In this document: piece after piece, positions 1 through 8,391 of the stretch | Layout: every line of letters starts with the position of its first letter | Position numbering within the stretch: position 1 is the stretch's first letter | Source of the DNA: Candidatus Cryosericum sp. | GTDB taxonomy: Bacteria > Caldisericota > Caldisericia > Cryosericales > Cryosericaceae | NCBI GenBank assembly: GCA_049699855.1 | Contig: JBNAWM010000008.1 | Location: forward strand, 1 to 25,763 | DNA length: 25,763 bases | Reading direction: 5' to 3' | Notes under the pieces: generated by a model | Seen by the model: only the letters and a program-made list of their open reading frames with translations | Told to the model about the DNA's origin: nothing | The model's database searches: none | Position numbers and translations under genes: made by a program

Positions 1-2090
1 CCACCATTCTTCTTCGTGTCTGCTGCCAGGGCATCCCAGTTCCACGTCCCATCGGCATTGCGGAAGAGATTGGGGACCTTGTCCAGAGGCTGTGCGCACA
101 GATCATACTTGGAAGCCTCGTAGCCATATCCACTCGCCTTCATGAGGGCAGTGACTGCCTGTTCTGTCGTGACCGGAGCATCGGGCGCGAACGTCCTTGG
201 CGAGGTGCCACTCATGAGCTTGAGCGCCTGGACGGTCCCAATGGACCTTGCATACCAGCTGTCTCCCGGTACATCAGCAAACGAACTTCCATGATTGCGG
301 CTGTTTGCGGCCACGTAGGAGCCGGTGATGAGCGCAGCCAGATCGCCGCGTGAAGCCGTCCTATCCGGAGCAAACGTACTTGACGCAAACTCGCTGAGTG
401 CCCCATTCCTGTTCAGTGTATCGATGGCAGGACGGTATGGAGATGCAAGATAGTCTGGCACAAGGTGCCAGTTGTTGTCCGTCGTTGGCTCGATCGTTCC
501 CATGTCCTTGACGTACTGGATCATGAGATTGCGAATCTCGTCGCTGGACTGATAGACAATAGGCGCGCCTTTGAAGCCGAGGAAACCGCCGCCGCCCGCC
601 CGATAATTGTTCAGCGCCAGCGTGTAGGTAGCCTTCATGTCCATGGGCTGGCCATGATACGTCAGTCCGCTGATTCGCTGTCCAACCGGCTTCGTAATAT
701 CAATCACATAGTCTGCGCCTTCCAGCATGTCGTAGTTGTAGCCCGCTACGCTGGAGTTCACAAGACTGGTAGCGGTCTTGCTGTAGTCATACGTGTTGAA
801 GTACTTAGCTGACCACTCCAGCTCGTCCTTGATCTGCTGGCCAGTTACCTTGATGGCAAAGAGCGTGTTTTCGTAGATATATAACGAATACATGTCGCGT
901 ACCGTCAGCGGGCCCTTGCTGAAGCTGGGAGCGACGCCCGGTAGCATGGCCGCGAGGGACAGGTCCGTATTGGCGTACTTCATTTGGACTTTCTGGATCA
1001 GGTCCATGATGGCAGTATCCTGGGTTCGCGAATTGGTGCCGGGAAAGTCTCCGCTTGCCTGCCCAAGGGGCTGTGTCATATAGGCCATGGCGGCTTCGTG
1101 CTGAGTCTTGGTTGCATCGAGAATAGCCTGGTCCGGGACGGTGCTCGAGGTCACTGGAATGTTCGTTCCAGTCTTCGAGGCGACCTTCCAGCCCGTTGCA
1201 GTCTGCTCCATCGTGATATCGGCACGGCAGATCTCAACGCCCGCGTTCTTGGGCTGCATGCAGAGGACACCATTCAGCATCTTGCCCGGAATCGAGAGAT
1301 GGGTATGCCCGGTCAGCAACACATCGATGCCCGGAACGGTCGTCGCAATTGCGTAGCACTGGTTCTCGATCGAGGTTCCAAGATCCTTTCCAGTGTCGAT
1401 GTCTCTCTCAAATCCTTCGTGAGCAAGCAGGACGACGAGATCCACCTTCTCCGTATCCCTGAGAACCTTCACCCACTTCTGAGCCTCGTCCACCGTGTCC
1501 TTGAACACAAGGCCGCCAAGATGCTCCGGGACTTCCCAGTTGGGAATGTTCTTGGTTGTCAGGCCCAGGACGCCAATCTTGACGCCTGCAATCGTCTTGA
1601 CAATGTACGGCGTGAAGTAGTTGGTGCCGTCCGCCTTGTAGATGTTGGCCGAGAGCCAGGGGAAATTGGCCTGAGCACGCACCTTGTCGAGCACGCCAAG
1701 GCCGTAATTGAATTCATGGTTCCCCACGGTCATGGCCTCGTAGCCCATGAGGTTCATTGCAACCATCATGGGATTGGGAGCAGTCGTGTCTACTTTGTTG
1801 AAGTAGTAGGTGAGTGGCGTGCCTTGCTGATTGTCGCCATTGTCCAGCAACAGCGTATTGGGATTCTCAGCTCTCACACCCTTGATAATCGTCGATAACT
1901 GGGCAAGTCCGCCATTTGCGGGCGCCCCCTTGAAGTAATCGTAGGGGTAGATGACCCCGTGAACATCGCTTGTTTCAAGCAGTGTTATTTTGACCGTCGT
2001 TGCAGCCGTGGCACCTTTGAGTGGCAAGCTCGCAAATACCAGACTGAGAATGAGAACTACGCTAAGCAGCACTGACAGGCGCTTCTTCAT
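1..2090 (-). CDS. Secreted 2',3'-cyclic-nucleotide 2'-phosphodiesterase / 5'-nucleotidase family protein (CpdB/UshA-like) with SLH-like repeats; C-terminus lies beyond the left edge
   Basis: Translated by hand from ATG at 2090 (GGAGGA upstream): signal peptide MKKRLSVLLSVVLILSLVFASLPLKGATAA, calcineurin-like motifs TSDVHG, DNGD, GNHEFNYG, GHTH, a 5'-nucleotidase C-domain (YIYENTL, NNYRAGGGG), then SLH-like FADVPGDSWY...GTSPRTFAPDAPVT. No stop before position 1. Confidence 0.9.
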   Translation of the reverse strand, partial: MKKRLSVLLSVVLILSLVFASLPLKGATAATTVKITLLETSDVHGVIYPYDYFKGAPANGGLAQLSTIIKGVRAENPNTLLLDNGDNQQGTPLTYYFNKVDTTAPNPMMVAMNLMGYEAMTVGNHEFNYGLGVLDKVRAQANFPWLSANIYKADGTNYFTPYIVKTIAGVKIGVLGLTTKNIPNWEVPEHLGGLVFKDTVDEAQKWVKVLRDTEKVDLVVLLAHEGFERDIDTGKDLGTSIENQCYAIATTVPGIDVLLTGHTHLSIPGKMLNGVLCMQPKNAGVEICRADITMEQTATGWKVASKTGTNIPVTSSTVPDQAILDATKTQHEAAMAYMTQPLGQASGDFPGTNSRTQDTAIMDLIQKVQMKYANTDLSLAAMLPGVAPSFSKGPLTVRDMYSLYIYENTLFAIKVTGQQIKDELEWSAKYFNTYDYSKTATSLVNSSVAGYNYDMLEGADYVIDITKPVGQRISGLTYHGQPMDMKATYTLALNNYRAGGGGFLGFKGAPIVYQSSDEIRNLMIQYVKDMGTIEPTTDNNWHLVPDYLASPYRPAIDTLNRNGALSEFASSTFAPDRTASRGDLAALITGSYVAANSRNHGSSFADVPGDSWYARSIGTVQALKLMSGTSPRTFAPDAPVTTEQAVTALMKASGYGYEASKYDLCAQPLDKVPNLFRNADGTWNWDALAADTKKNG

Positions 2091-2132
2091 TCCATTCCTC
2101 CCCACGTGCAGAATATGGACCCGAGCAGCAGT

Positions 2133-2161
2133 ATTGTAGTCGAGGGCCAGAAGAATACAAT
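2133..2161. promoter_or_regulatory. Putative overlapping divergent sigma70-type promoters
   Basis: ATTGTA-N17-TACAAT. Plus strand: TTGTAG(2134-2139)-16-TACAAT(2156-2161). Minus strand: TTGTAT(2160-2155)-16-TACAAT(2138-2133). Confidence 0.5.
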
Positions 2162-2207
2162 TATCGAGCACCGCCCTGCGATGCCAGACATTTCCAGAGG
2201 AACAACC

Positions 2208-3203
2208 ATGCGACTCTCACGACTGGACATAGCAACCACTGAGCAGGCTCGCCACCTCCTGGCAAGCCTTGAGTGTCACGTTGCCGGGATCGACATCATG
2301 GCGCCGAAAGCGACATTCCTTGCCATGCGCATCAGCGGACTTCTGCCACAGGCAGCCAACATCCTGAAACAGGAAATGCTGGCAAAGGGAGGCGAGGTTG
2401 CCGTTCCCTCAGGAGCTCTGCGCCTGGAGAAAGAGCGAGTGGACTGCGTCGTCATGGGAACGCCATCGCAGTACGATCAGCTGGTAATGACATTGCAGCA
2501 GCAACCTTTCGAGCTGCCGACCCTGGCCCCCAAACTCTCGACGTTCGTGAGACTTGCATCCGCACGCCCCGTTGGGCAATCGCTCGGCTCACATGGCGAA
2601 ACTGCCGTGGGAGGACTTGTAGACTGTGACATCCAACCCCCCGGGGTCCGTGATCACACGGCCAACGCAGTCGCTCTTGGATGGCACTTGCTCGAAGAGC
2701 GGTCTGACTTTCTTGTTGTTACAGGTTCCAGCATGGAGAGCGTGCAGGCTGTAGCACGACAGCTTTCGAGCAGTGCCGCCTGCCCGGTCGCCGCGTGGGT
2801 ACGGGGGAGCTCCCCGATCATCCTCGGGCCTGCCACGCCGCTGATCATCGAGCAAGGCCAAGCCGTGACCCACACGGCAGGACCGGTAATGGCACTGTGC
2901 ACTGGCGAAGATTCAACGGAGTTCATCGAACAAATCATGGCGATGCCCGTGGAATCCGAAAGGCTTTTTATTGCCGCACAACCCTTTCATGGTCAATCCG
3001 GAGTCCCAGCCGTCGGTCTTGTGCCCGGGAGCCTGCCTCGCCTGGATGCCGTCTTCTTCAGAGAGGAGCAGACCGCCGCATTCTCAAGAGATGACCTGAT
3101 CGTCGCGCTGACACGCCTTTTTGAGCATGGAACCAGAGTTTTTGTAACGGATGCGCCACAACACGTCAGCGACATCCTGAAAGCGGTTCTCCGGAATCAA
3201 TGA
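2208..3203 (+). CDS. Dihydropteroate synthase (FolP)-like protein with conserved N-terminal extension and degenerate catalytic barrel
   Basis: ATG 2208 follows AGAGGA. GIDIMAPKA...ANILKQEMLAKGGEVAV...QPFEL resembles the N-terminal extension of long FolP proteins. The downstream region only loosely tracks the DHPS barrel and lacks NxTPDSFSDGG and DIGGESTRP. Confidence 0.6.
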   Translation: MRLSRLDIATTEQARHLLASLECHVAGIDIMAPKATFLAMRISGLLPQAANILKQEMLAKGGEVAVPSGALRLEKERVDCVVMGTPSQYDQLVMTLQQQPFELPTLAPKLSTFVRLASARPVGQSLGSHGETAVGGLVDCDIQPPGVRDHTANAVALGWHLLEERSDFLVVTGSSMESVQAVARQLSSSAACPVAAWVRGSSPIILGPATPLIIEQGQAVTHTAGPVMALCTGEDSTEFIEQIMAMPVESERLFIAAQPFHGQSGVPAVGLVPGSLPRLDAVFFREEQTAAFSRDDLIVALTRLFEHGTRVFVTDAPQHVSDILKAVLRNQ

Positions 3204-3913
3204 AGCTTATCAGCTATCAGGAACTTGGTTCGACGCAGTTGACCGCCCGCCGGATGGCCGCTGCTGGCCATGCCCGGCCGTTCACTGTCGTTGCCCGCAT
3301 TCAATCCCATGGAAGAGGAAGGGGCGACAAGACGTGGCTCTCGCCGCCTGGAGGACTCTGGCTGACAACAGCTCTTGACGTGCCATCGGCCGAAGCAGTT
3401 CAGCAGGCCGCCATGGCGGCAGCCCAGGCAGTGGCCAGTGTTGTGCAGGCTCAAACGGGCCTTCAGACACTTGTGAAGTGGCCCAATGACCTTCTCATCA
3501 ATCACAGGAAGGTATGCGGCATTCTCGCAGAGACCCTTGTCGCTCCGGAGCAGACGATCCTGCTGCTTGGCGTCGGGCTGAATGTAAACAACGAACTACC
3601 GCAGGCAGACCTTCCGCTCGCGACTTCACTGCGCTTCGAGCTTGGCCATGCGCTCGACGTGGAGCAATTCGGAGGTGCCGTCGCGGAGGCTCTCGAAAGC
3701 ACCATAAATACCCTGGTGAGGCAAGGGTTCCAGGCCTTCTGGCCCTGGATACGCGATCACCTGGCCCTGCGTGGCCAGGTCGTCACCATCGAATTCAATA
3801 ATCAGCGCGACACGGGTCGCATTGTTGGCCTGACAGAAACCGGAGCACTCCTTCTTGAGACACCCGATGGATCACGCCACGAGATCAGCGCTGGAAGCAT
3901 CTACGTCTGGTAA
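3200..3913 (+). CDS. birA: Biotin--[acetyl-CoA-carboxylase] ligase, group I (no N-terminal HTH)
   Basis: Motifs QSHGRGRG..W.SPPGGL, KWPNDL, KVCGIL, GVGLNV and a C-terminal SH3-like G..ETGALLL. ATGA overlap with the upstream stop. Confidence 0.93.
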   Translation: MKLISYQELGSTQLTARRMAAAGHARPFTVVARIQSHGRGRGDKTWLSPPGGLWLTTALDVPSAEAVQQAAMAAAQAVASVVQAQTGLQTLVKWPNDLLINHRKVCGILAETLVAPEQTILLLGVGLNVNNELPQADLPLATSLRFELGHALDVEQFGGAVAEALESTINTLVRQGFQAFWPWIRDHLALRGQVVTIEFNNQRDTGRIVGLTETGALLLETPDGSRHEISAGSIYVW

Positions 3914-3927
3914 GTCAGACCGTCTGT

Positions 3928-4779
3928 TCAGTGTCCGCTGCTGTTCAGCCTGGCGGCCTTCAGCACGTTGTCAAACAGCATCAGTGTGGTCAGGACACCG
4001 ACGCCGCCCGGAACTGGCGTGATCAGTGACGCTTTTGGACGCACACCATCAAAGTCCACGTCGCCAACGATTTTGCCACCTACATCATTGATCCCCACGT
4101 CGATGACAGCAGCCCCTTCCTTGACGTATTCGGCCGTGATTGCTTTGGGCCGCCCCATGGACACCACCAGAATGTCCGCCTCTCGCGTGTATTTGATAAG
4201 ATCCACGGTTTTCGAGTGACAGATCGTCACGGTCGCATCCCGTTGCAGAAGCAGCGATGCCACCGGTTTTCCCACGATGTTGCTGCGACCCACAACGACG
4301 GCGTTCTTGCCTTGCATGCGAACACCATAGTTCTCCAGCAGAGCGATGATCGAGCGGGCTGTGGCGGGAATAAAACGAGGTCTGCCAATCATCAGCTGCC
4401 CCATGTTGAATGGATGAAAAGCATCCACATCCTTGTCAGGACTGATGGCATGAAGAATGGAGTCGACATCGTAGTCCTTGGGTAGCGGAAGCCCGACAAG
4501 AATCCCGTCGACGTCTGCAGACTCGTTCAGTCGGTGGATCAACTGCAAAACCTCAGCCGAGCCGACTGAATCGTCGATCTTCCGAAGCTCGACGTAGAAA
4601 CCGAGCTCCACCCCCTTGTGCGACATGTTCTTGAAGTAGACCATGGTGGATGGGCTGTTTCCTACGACAACTACCGTGAGCGATGGATTGTGGCCTTCCG
4701 CCTTCAGCCGCTGAACTCCCCCGACGATCTCTGTCTCCAGCTTGCGGGTGAACAGCGATGCTTCCATGATTGATCCCAT
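3928..4779 (-). CDS. folD: Methylenetetrahydrofolate dehydrogenase, FolD family (cyclohydrolase residues substituted)
   Basis: KDVD.FHP, VVVGRSNIVGKP, TVTICHSKT, VIDVGIN, GDVDF, ITPVPGGVG. RBS AAAGGAGA upstream. Confidence 0.93.
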   Translation of the reverse strand: MGSIMEASLFTRKLETEIVGGVQRLKAEGHNPSLTVVVVGNSPSTMVYFKNMSHKGVELGFYVELRKIDDSVGSAEVLQLIHRLNESADVDGILVGLPLPKDYDVDSILHAISPDKDVDAFHPFNMGQLMIGRPRFIPATARSIIALLENYGVRMQGKNAVVVGRSNIVGKPVASLLLQRDATVTICHSKTVDLIKYTREADILVVSMGRPKAITAEYVKEGAAVIDVGINDVGGKIVGDVDFDGVRPKASLITPVPGGVGVLTTLMLFDNVLKAARLNSSGH

Positions 4780-4924
4780 GTCACTCTCCTTTTCGATATC
4801 AGTGGACTATTCTCCAACCGAGCTCACACATGCTCGCGCTTACCGCCCTGCAACGATCCTTCCTATGAGTCTGCCTGGAGCGTCATGCTGGCCAGAGAAC
4901 TGCAACGGGCAGACGCCAGCCATC

Positions 4925-6103
4925 TCATGAATTCAAGATAGACATCAACTGATCGCGCGTCAAGTGCATACTTATCTTGCCCTGTACCATCCGCCCCGAA
5001 CCGCCCATCCTGGCACCAAACTTCTCTTTCATCACTGTGCTGAACGCTCTCAGCAGGTCCTCCCTTCCGCCCGGCACAGAGCAGACAAACTGCCCCTCGC
5101 TGTCGCCTGAAGGATAGACAATGACGCAGACGGGCCCTGGAACCGAGTCCAGCTTTGCAACAAGCGTCCGACCGACTTCAGCAGGAACGCCGTCGAGAAC
5201 CACTGCAGCAGACCCATTGGCACGTACCTCCGCAGCTGTCTGAACCGCCAGCTGGTCCACGATGACCTCCTCCAGCTGCTTCAGCTGTCTGCCGGCATCC
5301 CGATCACGCTGCAGGAGTTTTGCAACGGCGGATGAAAGGTCCTGCAAGCCACACGTCAACAAACCCTCGATCTCCGCCAGCACGGCGTCATTCTTCCGAC
5401 GGTACAGCGTTTCGGTCCGGCCAGCGACGAAGTACAGCCGCACGTTTCCTCGCACCTTGTCTGTCCGAATGATGGCAAACGCGCCGATTTGACCCGTGTT
5501 CGAGACATGTGTCCCTCCGCAGGGATTTGTGTCGATATCGCCGATGCTGACCAGCCGGAGGGGGCCGCCCGCCAGTTCGGGAACCTTTCTCAGATCATAC
5601 GCACCAAGGTCTGACACTTCCACAAAGCGAGTCTCGACTGGCAGACACTGCCAGATGCTTCGTTCGACGGCATCCTCGATTTCACGCAGCACCGCGCTGC
5701 TCAGGGAGGAGGTGCCGATTTCGATACTGGCATCTTCCTCCGTCATGTGAAAGGACAGGGTACGAATTCCCTTGTCATCCAGCAGCTTGCTCAGAATGTG
5801 CTGTGCTGAGTGAAGCTGGGTGTGCCGTCGTCGATTCTCCGAGTCGACGACGCAGGCAGTGTGCTGGCCCACAACCAAGTGTGATCCCAAAGGCAGCACG
5901 ACATAGGGACCCTTGGCATCCTGCTGGGAGTCAAGGATGGCGATACCGGCCACCGTTCCTTTGTCGGCCAGCTGCCCTCCGCTCTCAGGATAGAAGAACG
6001 TTTTTTTAAATCGAACAACAAGACCTGACGTCGTCTCAGCCACGTCGGCAACAATCCCGTCAAACTTAAGTCTCTCGCCGTCCTCCCAATATCCTTTCTC
6101 CAT
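4925..6103 (-). CDS. AlaX-family alanyl-tRNA editing protein with C-terminal coiled-coil/C-Ala-like extension
   Basis: TFFYPESGGQLADKG; zinc ligands HSAQH and CGGTH; RBS GGAGGA. Confidence 0.88.
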   Translation of the reverse strand: MEKGYWEDGERLKFDGIVADVAETTSGLVVRFKKTFFYPESGGQLADKGTVAGIAILDSQQDAKGPYVVLPLGSHLVVGQHTACVVDSENRRRHTQLHSAQHILSKLLDDKGIRTLSFHMTEEDASIEIGTSSLSSAVLREIEDAVERSIWQCLPVETRFVEVSDLGAYDLRKVPELAGGPLRLVSIGDIDTNPCGGTHVSNTGQIGAFAIIRTDKVRGNVRLYFVAGRTETLYRRKNDAVLAEIEGLLTCGLQDLSSAVAKLLQRDRDAGRQLKQLEEVIVDQLAVQTAAEVRANGSAAVVLDGVPAEVGRTLVAKLDSVPGPVCVIVYPSGDSEGQFVCSVPGGREDLLRAFSTVMKEKFGARMGGSGRMVQGKISMHLTRDQLMSILNS

Positions 6104-6118
6104 TACGTTCCTCCTGAG

Positions 6119-7330
6119 TTACTCTGTTTTCTTGGCACGCAACGATTTCAGATAGGCTACAATGACCCGCTCGTATCCTGCTCCGGTGGGAAGGTAAATC
6201 GCCCGGTCCTGCACGCCCTCAGGGAAATACTCCTGAGCCACCCAGTTTCCAGGATAGTTGTGTGGATACTTGTAGAGAGCCTGCCCCGTACGACTGTTCT
6301 TGAGCTGGAGAGGCGTGTCGACGTTTTTTGTTTGCTGAGCCACCTCGCGAGCCCGCCGCAAAGCCGTGAGAACAGTATTGTTCTTCGTGCTGGCCGCAAG
6401 GTAAATGGCAGCTTCTGTCAAGTTGAGCATCGCTTCGGGCAGGCCGACCGCATGGACCGCATCATACGCCGCCGTCGCCATCACGACAGCAAAGGGATTG
6501 GCCAGCCCAATGTCCTCTGCAGCGAAGATGATCATGCGCCTGGCAATAAAGAGTGGATCGTCTCCCGCGTCGATCATCCGTGCCATGTAGTAAAGAGCGG
6601 CATCGGGATCTGAGCCGCGCATGGACTTAATGAAAGCAGAGACCAGATCATAATGCTCCTGTTCAAAGTTCTTCGCGACCGGAACCTCTTTGAGCAGCTC
6701 ATTCAGATCCGCGCCCTCCACAAGGCTTCCCGACTGCTGTAACCAGACAAGGGCATTGATAGCGACCCGCGCGTCGCCCGAACTGAACGCTGCTATGCGA
6801 GCCAGTATCGGCTTGCTTATCGTGATGCCGGCCTTCTCGCTGCCCTGTTCAAGAATCCTTGTGATCTCGGCTGTTGTCAGTGGACCGAACCGCAGCATGA
6901 AGATCCTTGAGCGCAAAGCAGGCGACAGAGCGGCATAGGGGCTCTCTGTCGTCAAGCCCATGAAGGTCATGAGCCGGTTCTCCAGCATGGGCAGCAGGAA
7001 GTCCTGCTGAACCCTGTTGAAACGATGCACTTCGTCGACCACCAGGAGAAATGGACGTCCCGCGTGCCGGGCCACAACCTGCCGCAATTCCGGAACACCG
7101 GCTGAAACGGCAGTGACGTACTCCATCTCCTCACCGAGCTCGCGAGCTGTCAGTCGCGCAAACGTCGTTTTGCCGCATCCAGGAGGACCCCAGACGATGG
7201 CACTGAAGGGAACATGGCCTGCCACAAACTTTCGCAGTGGACTCCCCGGGCCGACAATTGCCTCCTGACCCACGAAATCCGCCAGGCTCGATGGCTCAAA
7301 TGATTCGAATATGCGTTGCATCTCATCCAT
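6119..7330 (-). CDS. rarA: Replication-associated recombination protein A (RarA/MgsA AAA+ ATPase)
   Basis: Walker A GPPGCGKTT, Walker B VDEVHRFN, SAFIKSMRGSDPDAALYY, AEDIGLA, YKYPH. Confidence 0.95.
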   Translation of the reverse strand: MDEMQRIFESFEPSSLADFVGQEAIVGPGSPLRKFVAGHVPFSAIVWGPPGCGKTTFARLTARELGEEMEYVTAVSAGVPELRQVVARHAGRPFLLVVDEVHRFNRVQQDFLLPMLENRLMTFMGLTTESPYAALSPALRSRIFMLRFGPLTTAEITRILEQGSEKAGITISKPILARIAAFSSGDARVAINALVWLQQSGSLVEGADLNELLKEVPVAKNFEQEHYDLVSAFIKSMRGSDPDAALYYMARMIDAGDDPLFIARRMIIFAAEDIGLANPFAVVMATAAYDAVHAVGLPEAMLNLTEAAIYLAASTKNNTVLTALRRAREVAQQTKNVDTPLQLKNSRTGQALYKYPHNYPGNWVAQEYFPEGVQDRAIYLPTGAGYERVIVAYLKSLRAKKTE

Positions 7331-7433
7331 ACATGAGGTTATAGCACGGCAGGGGGCTCAAATCAATGCAAGAGGTGCATGCTGGGTTAAGAGCATTTCG
7401 AAGGTCACCCGCAGGCGGTCCACGCAGAACCAT

Positions 7434-7461
7434 TTGGGGCTACCGATTTCCGTTCTATACT
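7434..7461 (+). promoter_or_regulatory. Putative promoter for lgt
   Basis: TATACT at 7456-7461 with a weak TTGGGG 16 nt upstream; lies about 37 nt before the ATG and RBS AAAGGAG. Confidence 0.35.
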
Positions 7462-7498
7462 TCTCGTGCAGAGAGCAGTTAACATAAAGGAGAAACTG

Positions 7499-8335
7499 AT
7501 GCATCCCATAGCTTTTGTTATCGGAAGTCTCACTGTTCGATGGTACGGCATCATGATTGCCACGTCCATTGCGATCAGCGTCACCGTCGTCTACTTTGAA
7601 GCGCGGCATCTGGGCATCAACACCGATGATGTGCTCGACCTTGCCATTGCCGCTGTCATCGGCGGCATAGCAGGAGCCCGGATTGGCTGGATAGCCACTT
7701 CGCCAGATGTTCTCTGGTACCTGGCACACCCACTCCGCATTGTGGCAGTCTGGGAAGGCGGACTCTCGTATTTCGGGGGAATCCTCGGTGGCGTACTCGC
7801 CGCCTATTTCCTGATCCGTCATCGCAAGATGGGCTTCTGGAGAATGGCCGACCTGGCAGCACCTATGCTGGCCCTCTCCTTTGGCATCGGCAAGATCGGC
7901 TGCTGGTTGAATGGCTGCTGCTATGGAACACCCACCACTTCCTGGATCGGAGTCATTTTCACAAACCCGCTGTCCGAGTGCGATCTTCTGAATCAAAAGC
8001 TGTGGCCTGCCCAGCTGTTCAATTCCGCATCAGGATTCATCGCCTTTGCCATCCTGTTCTGGATCGTTCGCAGGCACAAGCACTTCGATGGCCAGGTGTT
8101 CATCTGGTATCTGTACCTCTATGGATTCATGAGCTTTGTCGTCGAATTCTTCCGCTACATTCCCGTCCATGCGGCCGGACTGACTCCGAACCAGTGGACG
8201 GACCTCATCATCATTGCACTAGGAGTGATTGCCACCCCCATCCTCAGACGGCGGCCCATGGTGGTTTCTCCGTCCGACCAACCGCCTGCCCCAAGCCAGG
8301 AGTCAACGGACAACACTCCTGACCCCAACGCCTAG
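7499..8335 (+). CDS. lgt: Prolipoprotein diacylglyceryl transferase family protein (divergent active site)
   Basis: ATG 7499 follows AAAGGAG. MHPIAF.IG.L.VRWYGIM, GGIAGARIGW, WEGGLS..GG, G..LNGCCYG.PT, VEFFR; multiple TM segments. Confidence 0.85.
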   Translation: MHPIAFVIGSLTVRWYGIMIATSIAISVTVVYFEARHLGINTDDVLDLAIAAVIGGIAGARIGWIATSPDVLWYLAHPLRIVAVWEGGLSYFGGILGGVLAAYFLIRHRKMGFWRMADLAAPMLALSFGIGKIGCWLNGCCYGTPTTSWIGVIFTNPLSECDLLNQKLWPAQLFNSASGFIAFAILFWIVRRHKHFDGQVFIWYLYLYGFMSFVVEFFRYIPVHAAGLTPNQWTDLIIIALGVIATPILRRRPMVVSPSDQPPAPSQESTDNTPDPNA

Positions 8336-8391
8336 CCGACTCTCCACAATGTATTGCTTTTCAATGCTAACAAAATGGCTAGAATATGTTC

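Noticed and set aside
984..1898. 304-aa plus-strand ORF (and 465..812)
   Set aside because: Antisense shadow of the minus-strand nucleotidase, which has clear catalytic motifs; no recognisable motifs of its own.
2106..2207. Upstream GTG start for the FolP-like ORF
   Set aside because: It overlaps the divergent promoter and the nucleotidase leader; ATG 2208 has an SD and matches the family N-terminus.
4790..4924. ZTP or THF riboswitch upstream of folD
   Set aside because: The conserved elements of neither family are recognisable; kept only as an unassigned structured region.
7358..7996. 212-aa minus-strand ORF upstream of rarA
   Set aside because: Mostly antisense to lgt, with no recognisable domain.
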